The position numbers and the translations under genes are program-made. A stretch of 64,000 nt of DNA from Macrostomum hystrix (taxonomy: Eukaryota > Animalia > Platyhelminthes): NCBI GenBank assembly GCA_950097015.1, contig CATNEN010000038.1, positions 7,936,001 through 8,000,000 on the forward strand, given 5' to 3'. Positions 49,461 through 63,000 of the stretch are shown here, one piece after another. The notes beneath the pieces are model-generated. The model was not told where the DNA came from. It did no database searches and was given only the letters and a program-made list of their open reading frames with translations. Every line of letters starts with the position of its first letter. Within the stretch, counting starts at the first letter, position 1.

Positions 49461-50424
49461 CTGGGTGATAATTGTAGCTTAAAAAAGCTGAAAATACAGC
49501 TGCTAAAAAGTATATACAAGACGAATTGAAAATATTTCTGCTCCCCGGAGGGGGGCAAAACATGCTAATCAGTTCTAAAGTTGAGAGCTATTTAAAACTT
49601 TTATGCCATATTAGTGCCCTGCAAAGACATTTTAGCTAGCGATTAGCAAGCCATAATGATAGTCGTCACATAATACGACTTTAGGTACTACCAGAATTTT
49701 CTTAGGTTCCAAGTAGTTAGTAGTGATCGACTGAGAGTGATAGTGGTAGGGGTAGGTGGGTAGGTGGGTGGTAGGCTAATTTTCTTGATAATACTTCTTC
49801 AGCGTAATAATAATATTAAATTTCGAGTAAATTTGCGAAAACTGCGGGTTTGAAACTACGCGATGATTAACCGTTGCGATATAAGAAACTAAGATTTTTA
49901 GAAAGTATCAGCTATATTTCTAAATAAAAAATTTCCAAAAAAATAATAGAAAGATGGCCATGCTAAATTGTTTTTAAAATCGCAGAAACTGAAGGAATTA
50001 GATAAAATACGTTAAAGTACCTGCACAAAGGTAATTAATATTCTTACATTTTTTGCAATATTTCCTAGCTTAAAAACACAAAGCAAAAAATGCGGTCTAC
50101 CGGTGAGATTCACTGGAATATTCCCAGCATAGTAAACAAATTTTGAAGGTTAATTCACTATTACTATTCATTCACTATCTAATATGGGAGGTTCAATATT
50201 AGACCTTCCATTTAATATAAGAATTATATTATTCACATTCCCTATTAACATAATAAAATCTTACCATACGATAAAAATTGAGCTGAAAAAAATAAAGATA
50301 ATAAACTAATTAAAACTACCCCAATTTGACCGAATGTACATCGGGCAGCAGAGCCGAATGCAGCAGTATAGCGCGGCGCTTCTGAAGGCTGCGTCCATGG
50401 ACTGCCGGGGGGAAACCACTGCAC

Positions 50425-50760
50425 CAGGGGCGTAGCCAGGGGGGGGGCGCGCTCCCCTAATCGGCTGAAAAATCTTTGTGGCGCCCCTGGTAAAGGCGCC
50501 CTTCCTGGTAGTAGTGGGGCCCTTTCGTAGTGGCGCACCCCTGGTAATGGCGCCCGCATGGTATAGTGGCACCCTTTGGCGCCTCATGGTGTTGGGGCCC
50601 TCTCGTAGTGGCGCTCTAGCTCTGGTGTTAAAGGGCGCACCTGTGATCGTGGCGCCTCCATGCATGGTACTGGCGCCCCGGTGGTTGTGGCGCCCCCGAT
50701 AGTAGTTGCAGCGCTCCTCAATATTGTCCTCCAAGGCGCCCCCAAGGCGCGCCGCCGCTG
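50425..50760. mobile_element. Small MITE-like element rich in GGCGCC
   Basis: Ends CAGGGGCG...CGCCGCTG form an imperfect TIR; no TSD found. A similar GGCGCC-rich insert ending GGATCTGCCACTG lies at about 9360-9546. Confidence 0.4.
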
Positions 50761-50879
50761 CGTCATGCAACCTATATTTATATGCACTCTCTCAATACCC
50801 CAGCTAATGATTTTAACAGCTGAAACAACTGAATGAAACACTGTAAATGCAGTCTTGCTATAAAGTACACAAATTGTTC

Positions 50880-50950
50880 CAGCAAAGTCGCGGGAATCGA
50901 ACCCATGACCTCCAAGACTTGAGGATCCTACGCCCTATTGGCGATGCCAA
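50880..50950 (-). other. Degenerate tRNA-like fragment or SINE head
   Basis: Minus strand GGTCATGGGTTCGATTCCCGCG T-arm; no convincing full cloverleaf. Confidence 0.4.
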
Positions 50951-51079
50951 CATTATATGCACTGTTAAGGCTACAAAATTAACCCACCCCCTATAATTAG
51001 TCGAGCCGAAGACAATTGCTTATAATTGTACGTACACTGCACTATATGTCTACATATGTGAGGAAATCAGATCGGATAA

Positions 51080-51667
51080 CTGCTGCTGCTGGGGGTTATT
51101 AGTTCTCTGCAGCTGGGGGAAATTAGTTCTCTGCAGCTGGGGGAAATTAGTTCTCTGCAGCTGGGGGGAATTAATTAGTTCCCTGCAGCTGGGGGGGATA
51201 TTAGTTCTCTGCTGCTGGGGGGGAATTAGTTCTCTGCTGCTGGGGGGAATTTGTTCTCTGCTGCTGGGGGGAATTAGTTCTCTGCTGCTGGGGGGAATTA
51301 GTTCTCTGCTGCTGGGGGTTATTAGTTCTCTGCAGCTGGGGGAAATTAGTTCTCTGCAGCTGGGGGAAATTAGTTCTCTGCAGCTGGGGGGAATTAATTA
51401 GTTCCCTGCAGCTGGGGGGGGATATTAGTTCTCTGCTGCTGGGGGGGAATTAGTTCTCTGCTGCTGGGGGGAATTTGTTCTCTGCTGCTGGGGGGAATTA
51501 GTTCTCTGCTGCTGGGGGGAATTAGTTCTCTGCTGCTGGGGGGAATTAGTTCTCTGCTGCTGGGGGGAATTAGTTCTCTGCTGCTGGGGGGGATTAGTTC
51601 TCTGCTGCTGGGGGGGGATTAGTTCTCTGCTGCTGGGGGGGGGATTAGTTCTCTGCTGCTGGGGGGA
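51080..51667. repeat. About 26-bp array TTAGTTCTCTGCTGCTG(G)nAA
   Basis: Tandem periodicity with variable G runs. Confidence 0.93.
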
Positions 51668-53599
51668 CACTGGTTTTTCACTGCTGAGGGGATAGTATTC
51701 ACATGTACCTTAGTGCATTAAGCTGAGTTGTATCAAACGTAAGTTACTTGTGTAATTTTGCCCCCAAGAGGGGCTTAGTGTCCTAGTATAAATCTAAAAA
51801 AGTTTCTATAGTGTACGTAGATGTGCAACACAAGCCCGCGGTGTATACAATTCCTGACGCTCTACGATCTGACTCTCCAGGTCATGCAGTGTTGGGTGCG
51901 TTACCAAAAAGTAACGGGAGTGCCGGTAACGATCGTTACTGACCATTTGGTCAGTTAAAGATAGTTTGGTCAGAAAAAATTGGTCACGTAAAAAAGCAGA
52001 ACAGTTTTTCAATTTTTTCAATTTTTTAATTTTTTTCAACCATAAATGTGCTTTAGTGTTTTTTTACTGAAGCTGTTCTGAACACGTGCGCTTTGGTTAT
52101 GAGTCATATTAAAATTCATACAATTTCATTTCCAACATAGTCCACTTTTCTCGACTAAAAAATAAAGATAGTTATCTGGAAATTTATTTTTTAAAATTAT
52201 TTCAGTTCTCGAATGTCCGATTGAAAAATACTTTAATTACAAGCTGACTTGGTAATGGATGGCTTGGTTAGCAACTATAGCTTTCGGGGTTCTGAGGATA
52301 GTAGATTTCTTCACGGAGTCACTGTCATCTAGTCTCAGTATTTGTCCTGTTGCCAGGCTTACTTGGACAGAATGCAGCAGAACGTCACATAATTTTTTTA
52401 AGGAATTAGAAAAACTTTTGAAAACTTGGGTCTTTAGCAATTAATGTTTATCGAAGCATTTCCGACAAATTTTAAGGAATATTAAATGCTGTTTTTAGAT
52501 ATGAACCTTGCACGGATTTTACTGGTGCACAAGGCTTAAGCGTGAGGCAACTATTACGAGTAAATTATGTCGATTATTTGCGAAATTCCATTTGCAAACA
52601 AGTAACACGCTGGATGTTTGTCAGTTGATTTTGTAGTGCAACTCGTTATTGTGAGAGTCGCGGCACGAAAAAATGATGAACTTAAGAAGGGTAAAAATAT
52701 AATATAACAAAAGTTTTTACATATTTAGGGGAACAGGAACATGCATGATTTAGCTATTGTACGTGTAAATAATTTATCAGTTCTATAGTTGGAAATTCGT
52801 ACGTTTAAAATAATATGCTAATTTATGAGTAATTTTTTTGCTCACGTTGACATCAGGGAACATTTGGCCTTCGTAAAATGTGTTCTGAACGGCGCTAGAA
52901 AACAAACTTTCTAATATTTTATGATCCTCGTTGGAGATTTAAAATGTAACTACTATTCTTTTTTATTAGTTATGTATCTCTCTTCAATCTGGAAGTGTTT
53001 CAAAACATTCAGCTGAGTATCGATGTCGACAGGACTTGATCGGGCTTTCAAGTACACGTGAGGCTGAAATGCAAAACAAAATGACAGTTTTGAATATTTA
53101 AATTAAGCGCTCGTTGTCTTGTTTGTACTATTAGCAAATTAAAAAAAAATAGTAACATTCACGTTACAGTCAATTGAGTCATTTTACTCCATTCTGTTGA
53201 TCCCTGAGAACACACTTGCGAACGGATACAGTATACACAAGCAATACTATCACACAGGTACGCAGGTTACATGCACGCTTTCATTATACGAGCGTATATA
53301 CTTACCATGCAAACTGTTGTCTGCGTCTTGACATTGGCCTTGAAGTTGGCATTCGCCTGGGCTTTGACCTTGGCCGATTCGCGAACACGAATTCTGAATG
53401 AGAAAAATAAATAAAGCGAATTTCATATTCTTTTTTCTTAAGACTGTAAGGTAATAAACCTATGCTAAGCATGTGCGTACCCTGCGGCAGAGAACAGATT
53501 TGGTATAAATTAACTTGGATGAGCTATAAATTAACGGAGTCGTCGTTTCAATTGTGAATAGCGTCGTCTTGATCGTGGTGACCTCAGGTGACGACTCAC

Positions 53600-54210
53600 C
53601 TGAAGCTTGAATCCAGTATGTAATTCATGATGCAGCCGTTCGAGCTGGGACAGGTGCAGCCGGACATGTTGCTGAAGCCGAGCAGCGCGCCGATGGAGTG
53701 AGCGACCAGCCAGGCAGCGTTGACGGTCTCGGTTTCGTCCTGATATTCACAATGCGCGATGGGTCGTAAAAACCCCATGATACGCTCGTAGTTCGCGAAG
53801 AAAGTTGTCAGGCAAAACAGCGCCGACTTATCACAACAATCGCATTCGAATAAACTTGATTGCAAAGGCCGTTAGTCCACGTGTATGACGATAACGATCG
53901 GGTCAATCCGGAGTCCAGAAATTTGGTCAGCTGGTTCGGACTGGAAAGCAGTTTGATTAATCATTAATCAATAATTAATCAGAATTGCGTCATCTTACGT
54001 GAGAAGAATCGCAGCGTCATGTCTAATATTGATTTTAACAGCCTTGTACACCTGCAGTTCAGATGAAATATTCTCATGATCAATAAAATTGAAGGAAAAC
54101 AAAGTCTCTGACAAATATTTCTTTGTTTTACAAGCCCACATCGCTCACCCCGTTGGCATAATTGGCTATCTCCATCAACCGCGCTATAGTTCCGCTTCCA
54201 GACTTCGCAG
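53600..54210 (-). pseudogene. Partial duplicate of the ADAM metalloprotease-like domain exons
   Basis: Exon near 53600-53739 is almost identical to 63460-63608 apart from a 9-nt deletion. Upstream exons encode RLMEIANY, HDAAILLT and GLCNQVYSNAIVV; the last is followed by ATAAGT instead of a GT donor. Confidence 0.7.
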
Positions 54211-55065
54211 ACTGAAATGCAATTTCATAAAACATGAAATGGTGCTTCGCTTAGATAAGCAAGTCACGTGAGGTCTGAGAACTTACGTAAGCACTCTCGG
54301 CCACCAGTACCAGCTCCAGCACCTTCCTTGCCGCTCCGTCATGGAAAGCCTCCAGCTTCAAAGACCTCTTTTTCCTCGACCTGCCGCCAGAAACGGGGAG
54401 GGAATGATTTCCACCGCGAGAACGGAATGGCGCGGAAGCCGTTTCAAAGCCATCCTCGTTCAGACCGAGTGGAGTTGCTACCGCGTTTTCAGCCGAGTGG
54501 ACCCACTTTCTCGTGTTGTACCACGTACCCTTGGACTTGAAGCGTGCACTGTATTAATTAAATTTTGCTTTATTAACTACGAATAATGTAGTTAATTCGT
54601 ACAAGTATAACTTTTTTAGAGAGGCTAAACCAACATTAGAAAGTTTGACAAGTGCTCCAAAATCAAAAATGCTCTTTAAAATGCCATGCAGGCATAGCAA
54701 TAACAACCAAATTCTGCCAGGGCCAGGAGAGTTTCTCACAATAAAAAACGGAAACTGCGCATCTGCCGGTGCATTTAGCCAGTTTGCTAAAAATATACGC
54801 ATTGTCTAGATGACAGTAAACTAATGCAACGAGAAATGAGTGCACCAATCGGTAATGTATGCAGATTGCTTTCTATTCTTAGCTTTTGTCGTGAAGAAAA
54901 GCCCCAAAGTACACTCCTGGTTCGTTAAGTAACCTGTTCTATAATTAGCAGTAAAAATGATAGCAAATTATTTATTTCCTGGACACTAAACCATTAGGAA
55001 ACATGTGGGGTGAGTGCCAGAGCCACATGTATCCTCACATGTACCTCACATGTACCCTCACATGT

Positions 55066-55365
55066 GGGGTGAGTGCCAGAGCGGTCTAAAGTGTTTGCTT
55101 CTCGGACCAAGGTCACAAAGGTCGCTAAACATTCATTTGGGGTGGAGAGAAGTTTCAGGGGCTTGTCGTTTAATTTTTGCCCTTGAGGGCCAACCACTAA
55201 GGCACAGTAAAAGTGCCTGTGTGTGTCCCAGCGTACAGTATCTGTGCTTCTGTGTGCGTGCTCAGGAGTCAGCGGAATGGTCAGAATTGCCTCTTCTCGT
55301 TGGCTGCGGGTCTACTGTCACCAAATGATGTGCTCGTCCTGCAAATATTAATATTTAATAATAAT
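55066..55365 (+). mobile_element. SINE copy (same family as 25345-25688)
   Basis: Shared GGGGCTTGTCGT...TGAGGGCCAACC...AAGGCACAGT and TCTA.TGTCA.CAAATGATGTGC, with a TAA-rich tail. Confidence 0.78.
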
Positions 55366-55770
55366 CACCTTAGAAACCCAGATGAGACGTGGCAAACACA
55401 GGTTCTTTAGTCTCCGCGTTCACTCCATGATATAGGCACGGCAGTGGTCCCAGGCGAATTCCTGAATCCCTAGTCCCAATGAGCTGATCACCGATCACGG
55501 ATCTTCGTAAAGGAGCCATATAAAAGTTTTTTGAAGTGGCAAATATATTTCGCGCAAAAACGCGAAAGTTTGCATGAAATGAACTCACGGTGTTGACAAA
55601 GTCAGGATGATCTTGTGAGCTTTGGTCGCATTCGGAAATTGCATTCCGAACGAGATCTGGGGGCTTGCAACCGCGCACTAGATCGTGGACGGTCAGCGTA
55701 GAGGCAACCGGTGACGCGAGCAATTCTGAACATCCTGCTATGCGAACACAACGTTTTTGCAAAATGCAAA

Positions 55771-55853
55771 AGTCAGTCAGTCAGTCAGTCAGTCAGTCAG
55801 TCAGTCAGTCAGTCAGTCAGTCAGTCAGTCAGTCAGTCAGTCAGTCAGTCAGT
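55771..55853. repeat. (AGTC)n microsatellite
   Basis: About 20 copies. Confidence 0.97.
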
Positions 55854-57133
55854 ATAGTCTATGGGTATTAACCTGCGAAGGGCAGAGTGAGAAGTGGGGG
55901 CGAAGCCTCCACTTCCTACCATAGACAAAAATGTTTGACTAAGCTATTCCTTGAATGTGGTCTACTAAACATTAGTCTATGAACTAGAGCGACATTAATG
56001 CGCCAAATTAATATCCAAAAGGACATTCGAGTATTCAAGTTTTTTATTCCTCTGTCGTGTTTCGACCATAGACAAGTCTCGCTCAAACCCACTGACCCAA
56101 ACTTTGTGGAATGCGCGGAAGTCATTCTCGATAAAAATCCCATAGACAATCTGTTTAACATCTGATAAAATGCTGTGTATCTGAAACTTTTACCCCAAAA
56201 TTCCGATTTCTTCAGGTTAAAAGTATATCACACATTGACTCACCGAACAAAACTAACAGTCCGATCCATTGCGGCGACTTGAAGAAAACAAAGCACCGAA
56301 CCATCTTGGCAGGATAGCTGCGATCGCTCATAGCTCGCACTTGAGTTATGGAGTTACGTGCTTATCAATTTAAGTCCATAGATTTTTTTATAGACAAATT
56401 AATAAACGGGATGCAAAATAGGTAAAAAACTCCACCATGGTGTCATAAAGGACAGACAATAGAGACTAGGTGCTAATGCTAAATGTGAATTAGCAAGATG
56501 TGAAATGATAGCTATACTATCGTAATATCATGAAGCGCGGGTCGCGTAAGATAGAAATTAGCTGTCACTGCAAATTTCCAGCCTTCAATTGCTTTGTGAG
56601 TACAGTTTTGATGCGCATGATCCGTGCTAATAATAAAAAATAGAAATTACGTTCTAGACTCAAAGGCGACTGTTTACTGTATAATTTACTCGACAAGGAC
56701 ATAGCGAAATCCAGCATCTATTATAACTAATTAGCGCCTTATTCGCATGGCAAGGTGTTTTGACAAAAAAATTCATAATACCCCACCAGGAGGTTAGAAT
56801 GTCCGAGGCTGCGTTTAATGGTCTCGAGGCGAGCGTAGCGAGCGTATATGAAATTTGATTGCTTATTTTCGGGGGCATCCCATCTGATTAATAGACATAT
56901 AGGTTTAGACCATTTGATTCCGACCATAGACAAAAAAACAAATTTCTCACGAAGATACTGCAGTCACGAAGCAGCCAGTCAGTCAGTGGTGGCAAAACGT
57001 AAAAGCCGAATTCAAAGTTCACTTCAATGTTCCATATAATGCTCCTTATTTCGAGGAGATTATATGATATAATATCCTAGTTTTTGTCAAATAATCTCAC
57101 CAAAAATTACCATAGACAACACATTCCCGGATC

Positions 57134-58590
57134 AGAATAGCATTGGTTTTGTCAGCCTAACTGAGAATAAGGCCACCCAAAATGAGAATCCTGCCTACGC
57201 TGACTGCGAAGGGCCTGGCTGCGTGCAGCCTTAGTCTATGGGCCATAGACAATAAAGGACAAGCAAAGTGATAAAAAGCCATCCAATGTGAGAATCGATT
57301 GGTCTATGCGTCGTATTCTTTTATTTTTATACCTTCTGAGCCATATGACTAGCCAATAGCTTGAACGGAATAACGGAAACAGGAACACACTGGATGATAC
57401 AGTACAGTAAAGTAAAGAGTTAAAATAGCTGTCCCTCAATGCACTGCCCAAAGAGTCGTCTGCAATGCAGGTCCCACGCGGCAGCCTTCCCAGCAGTGAC
57501 TGTCGTCAATCGCTTCGCGCGCCTCCCTCTCTAACAGCATGAATCGCCACTCCTCTTTGTTAACGCCATCTGGAGCAACGGCCTCCTCGTTGACTAGTCC
57601 AGCGTCTGCCAGGCTTTTGATCTTTTGATCCAGCGTCTTTTGATCCGTGCCTTCAGCGCACTGCTGGCCAGTTCTGATGGGTTGAGGAAGTGTGAGTATG
57701 GCGGCAGGATGCGAATCGAGATCTTCTCTTGTAGTTGCTCCGGCACCCTGGCTCCCCTGTGGAAGTGCGGGCCGTCCATCACAACCAGCCAGCTTCCATC
57801 GGCATCGAGCTCATTGCATCGCTCTGCCAAGAAGTTGATGAACTCCTGGAAGCGAACCAGCGTCTGACCACCCCGCCGCACGGTCGAGTGCACCAGGCCA
57901 AACTCTGCGCAGATAGCCATGCAGACGCGGTCACGTTTGGGCCTCTTTGTGTCGTCACAGTCCGCTTAACAGGGCGACCCCTGATAGCACGGCCTTGATA
58001 TCATGCCACAACCATGTAGTTGGCCATCTCTTTTAACGTTAGGAAGGGGTTCTCTTGCAGCTTCTGGTTCAGAAATTGCCGCATTTCATCATCAAATTTA
58101 AGAAGTCGTTGACCACCTCGAGGAAGCGCCTCAGTTCTTCCTTCTAGGCGATGCTGACGGGCAATTCTATAGGCAGTTGAGACAGGCAGTTGCAGGACGG
58201 CCGCTGCTTCCCTTAGTGAGCTTCCATTTTCAATGGCCGCGATGAGTCGGTGGCGGTCCACAGATGAGGCGGGCATTTTTATTGCAGTGGCGAAGACTGA
58301 ACTCTGTTAATTCTAAGTGTTGGATAAATAGGCAAGAAAGCAACGAGACTGCGGGTGATGGAGAAGCAGTGATGGAGGAGTTGCGCTTGGAGGAGTGGAG
58401 AGAGCTGGGGGAAAGAGAAAAAGCGATCGATTCTCACATTGGATGCCTTTTTATCACTTTGCTTATCTTTTATAGTCTATGGCTCATAGACTAGGCTGGA
58501 CGCAGCTAGGCCCTTCGTATTCAGCGTAGGCAGGATTCTCATTTTGGGTGGCTTTATTCTCAGTTAGGCTGACAAAACCAATACCATTTT
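57134..58590 (-). mobile_element. Tc1/IS630-like DNA transposon, internally deleted, with TIRs of about 130 bp
   Basis: 57140-57260 is the inverted repeat of 58470-58585. HTH ORF 58276-58001 (AA..L.L..ST.YRI, RGG.R..K, NP.LTLKEM) and DDE fragment 57920-57594 (VVMD...FH, LPPYS.FLNP.E). Confidence 0.88.
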
Positions 58591-58642
58591 TAACGATTAA
58601 ATAAGCAATCGTATTTTATATCTAAAGAAAGATTGAACACTT

Positions 58643-58770
58643 CTGCAGGAGGGCTGCGTGCAAACGCACATGCAGAATACCGTGGTCAGGCTAACACTCA
58701 CACACAGGTGTGTACATCAACTGCCCGACTTTCTCATCGTCAGTCAGTGTACCAATCAGCCACTAACCCC
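58643..58770 (-). mobile_element. SINE 3' fragment, reverse orientation
   Basis: Reverse complement of GACGATGAGAAAG...GATGTACACACCTGTG...CGCAGCCCTCCTGCA seen at 25495-25662. Confidence 0.7.
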
Positions 58771-60033
58771 TTAAAGAAAGGTTGATCGCATTTTTAACGT
58801 AATTAAAAAGTGGACTTTTTAGCCATTTTATAGTATATATTATTATGATGCTCTTAGAAAATTCTTTAATGACACAACCACATCATGCAATCAAGCAGTT
58901 AAGTAGTCTTCTGTGGGAGACTTTGACCATAGACTACACTTTTTGGACATTCAAAATGTGAAAACAGGAATCAGACTGCATTTCATAGCTCTCTCCTCCT
59001 GCCTCCCCTATTTGCTTCTCTTTGGCCTGACCCCATTCAATGGCGCCACCAATTCCTGTACGTAGCAGATCGCCTGCGGCTGATTGATGCGATTGTAAAG
59101 GTGTCATCCAGGTGTCATCCAGGTGTCATCCAGGTGTCATCCAGGAGCTGCAAGACTCTTGAAAATCAAGACAGCAACCGCATTCCGAATCGCTTCCAAC
59201 TTAATTCTCGGTTTAGAGACTCGAGGTAAATCCTTTCCTGACGCTCAATGAAATATCTTAAACAGCTTATTGAGCGCTTTCCCGAGAAGCCACCGAGAGG
59301 ACAGCCCATTGGGAGCTTTTTTAATAATTGTAGACAATGCGCTTAATGAGGTCCATGGATTTTCAGTTTTAGTAGTAAAAACTCTAAAATATGTACAATA
59401 TATTTTTATATTGATCAACTATTAAGCTCAACAATTATTTGTTCAAAGTCCAGCAGCTCTGTCTAGATAAAGGTAGATGACAGCCAAAGTCGGAGATGGT
59501 GCAGGTACATTCGGGTAACGTGCTGATAAAGTTTGAAGGCCTGGCAAGGCCGCACTGAGGCGCAGTGCGAATTCGTGTATAGGGGGGTTTATGAAATACA
59601 CAAGCTCTTATGGGAAAAATTAGACCTTCGGCCAGAACCGTTGAATATCTCGACGGTCTGAATGGTTGGCGATTTAATCATTGTTTCAGAAGATACGTAA
59701 CAAAAAATTGGCCTGTGTTTCTGAGTTTCGTGTGTTCACAAAAATTGTCAGGTGGAAATTCCCTTTGCTAGTTCTACTGTTAAAAGACAGAAAGAAATAT
59801 ATAAGGTTGGTATAAAGAGTATGTTATTGACAGAAAGCTATGCGAATGCTTCGCATTAGAAAGTATGGGATACAGAAAGGACGCTACAGAAGTTGATGTT
59901 AACACATCGGCTATAATAGGAAACCTATAGGTAAGGTTTTAACACAGCTTACTGCAACTAAGTATTAACTACGACTGATGCTCATTTCTTGTGTAAAGTT
60001 GCGATTTAGATAAACAGGCAGGTTTTTTGCTGG

Positions 60034-63000
60034 CTAATCATTCTCATATTCACATTGTGTTACGTCAGGATTAAGATATTCCGCCATAGTATTATTCGAA
60101 CCAACGATTACCTGAAAGAGGAAAATAATGTACCAAGTTACTCGAAGTTCTAAGTGTAGTAGACGGAAAAACATGACATAACATATGACATACGACTTAC
60201 CGATTCGACAGGTGAAAGTTCTGGTCGTCTCCCGATACTGCTGCTGCTACCCTCAGCTGAGCTCTAAAAACAGGGAGTTTCAGATCGATGGTTGGGCAAG
60301 GAGTACTGTGCAGTATCAAATTATCAATCCAAATTACAGAGGCTTACTCTTTTAACAATAAATACCACAACAACGACGAGGACGATCAAGATTAGCAAAA
60401 CGGAGCCTACAACGATGACGCTAATCATCACTGTATTTGATAATAGTTCTGAAAGGAAAGATTTCTGCTTTAGTAAAATATCTAAAAATCAAGGCACAGC
60501 ATGGCAACACGATGGAAAGGTGATAATTACTAAGGTTCTCAAGTTCGCCGGCTGAAGCAGCAGAAACTCCATCCGAAGTTCTTACGGACACGACCCCTCC
60601 TGCTGTACTTTGGGAGAAATTCGCTGTTATTGGCACGGTACTGGTTGTGGTTGGCACAGTACTAGTTGTGGTTGTTGTTTTGATTGGCGCAGTAATGGTG
60701 GTTGTTGGCATTGGCGATGTTAGCGCTACAAGTTGAGATAAGTGGTACATAATTGTTACAGTTGGTATAAAAATAGTGCTTTAAAGCTGAATCAATACGG
60801 GTAGAACTCAAGTACTCGAATTTACTTGCTGTTGGAAAGGGCTCGTGAAACAGCAATGTTTGATATGAAATTTCACGAGATAAATTCTACCTGTCCTGTC
60901 GCAAGGTGATTGCAAGGAGCCGCCGCATCCGGTCGAGCTGCAGTCAGGAGGAGCGAAGCCGGGCTTGCAGTAGCACAGCTTGTTCTTTGTCGGCACTCCG
61001 TTGCCGTGACAGTCGGGACAGTCGGTGCAGGCAAACCTGGACACCGGCTGGCAGCTGGAGTTCACGCACATCTGTTGAGTACAAGTAGGGTACATGTACA
61101 CAGAAAACGCTCAGCAGATACCGGTCTTATTAGTACAACCTTCGAAAAACTTTACAGACACGCAATAGTACATGAAAGGCGCGACTTTCAAATTATGACT
61201 TCGAAATCAAGGTTAGATAGTATAAGCGAGAATACGACAGTTAGCCAAACAGCAAAGAATACTCGAAGCAGTTCAACTTCACTGTACGACTCACATATTG
61301 CGAGCCGCAGAAAGCTCCGTCAGGCACCATGCTTGGATCCCTCAACCCGCTGGAGGAGAAGTCCTGATCGCTGTTGCTGGAGCAGTTGGAACCGTCCAGC
61401 AGATTGTAGGTATTACCTATTGCTGGCTTCGTGGGCAGCGTACAGTGCAGCAAGCCGCACATGGCGTTACTGCGAATGCGATGATGGCTGTGCAACTTTA
61501 GCAAAGCCAACCCAGGAGTTTACTGGACGATGGGGTACGAAATGAGCTCAGGAATTGCATTATATTTATATCTAAAAAATCTGACAGCCCGGAACCAAAA
61601 ATCATGGAGCCATGAAGTCAAAAAAAGTTTTTGAGGGTTGGTTCGCTGGACTTGGACTAGACTGGAGGGGTTAGTTCGATTTCCCTATGGGGCTACGCAA
61701 ATAAACAGTTGAAAAAGTACTCACGCCATTGATGAGCATCTGGAAAATGTGTACCGCCTGGTGGTTACGTTCATGAAGATCAGCGACCAGTGACAGAAGC
61801 CTGAGTTCGTGCCCATGTTAATGCCGGTGAAGCACGTTGAAGGAGCGACCACGGCTGACGGTCCAAACAGGGCGCGGCACTGTTTGAGGCTGCTCTTGCA
61901 CTCGCCGTTGTAGCAGAAGGACTGAAAAAAGCAGAAGCTATTATTTTACACACTGAAACAGATGACGAATGTATCGATAGAGAGAGTTGTAGCATCGTGC
62001 ACAAATGAAGGACATAAACTAATGGGTTCGTGCTGTCATCCTGGCCATTGTAATTGGGTCTAATTTGGCTGTGTCTTTCTAATCGACAACGGAGAAATGA
62101 CTTTAAGAAAAGGCTGTTCTATTAAATTTTCTTAAGGGTGGAGTGAAAGAGGACTTAACACGCTTGTTTCTCACACCTCACACCGCAGCTGCATTCATTT
62201 GGAGGCTTGTTGTACATTTATGCCATTAAGGTACTCTGCCAGAAAATGAGATAAAGTCAGGGCCTCTGTGTGAGTGTTCTGCGTACTGTGTCCACGCGCA
62301 TGTCTATGTGCTTGCTGCTGTTCTACTGTCATCAAACAAAGCACCAGTGCCCATAGCCCTCCTGCCAATATTAACTATTGCAAACGTTTTCAAAATGTCC
62401 CCTGAACGGTTAGATCAATGGGTTCTCACAACACCGGGTGAGCATTCCACACCGTCGTGAACTTTGTCATCAGGCGGGCACCACTCGGTCGAACCGTCGC
62501 AAGTCTCAGCGACGTCGCAGGGCCCGTCGGCATCGCGACACACCTGGCCCCTCTGTTTGAGCCTGCAGGTGGTGCTGTTGCAGCAGGAGCCGCTGGCGCA
62601 CTCAGAACCGGCAGTGAACATGCAGGTGCTGGGGTTGCAACAAGCCGACCGACACGTCTGGATTAAATGCAGATTACAAAGCAGTTAATGCATACGTGCT
62701 GAACAATCTGCACTTTTGAAGTGAGTTAGTTTCTAAAAATAACTATTTTCTCGAGCGCATCGAAATCCGAGGGCTGTCCCCCACTTTCAGTCTGGAAATT
62801 GCTAATAATTGCTAATTTCAATTTTGACTAAGACATGCGAGTATGAGAAGCTTCTGTTTCTGTGAGCAAACACTCAATGGCTAGCTAATTAGTTGCACAA
62901 TTTAGCAATGAAATAACTGACGCAGGCCGGTGAGAAAGAAAACACAGCAAACAGAATCAAGGATATTTGACGAATAGCAAAGTAAATATTTCGAAACTCA

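Noticed and set aside
50880-50950. Functional tRNA gene
   Set aside because: Only the T-arm is convincing. The acceptor and D stems do not pair.
54268-55762. Short ORFs at 54268-54586 and 55370-55762
   Set aside because: No identifiable motifs or splice support.
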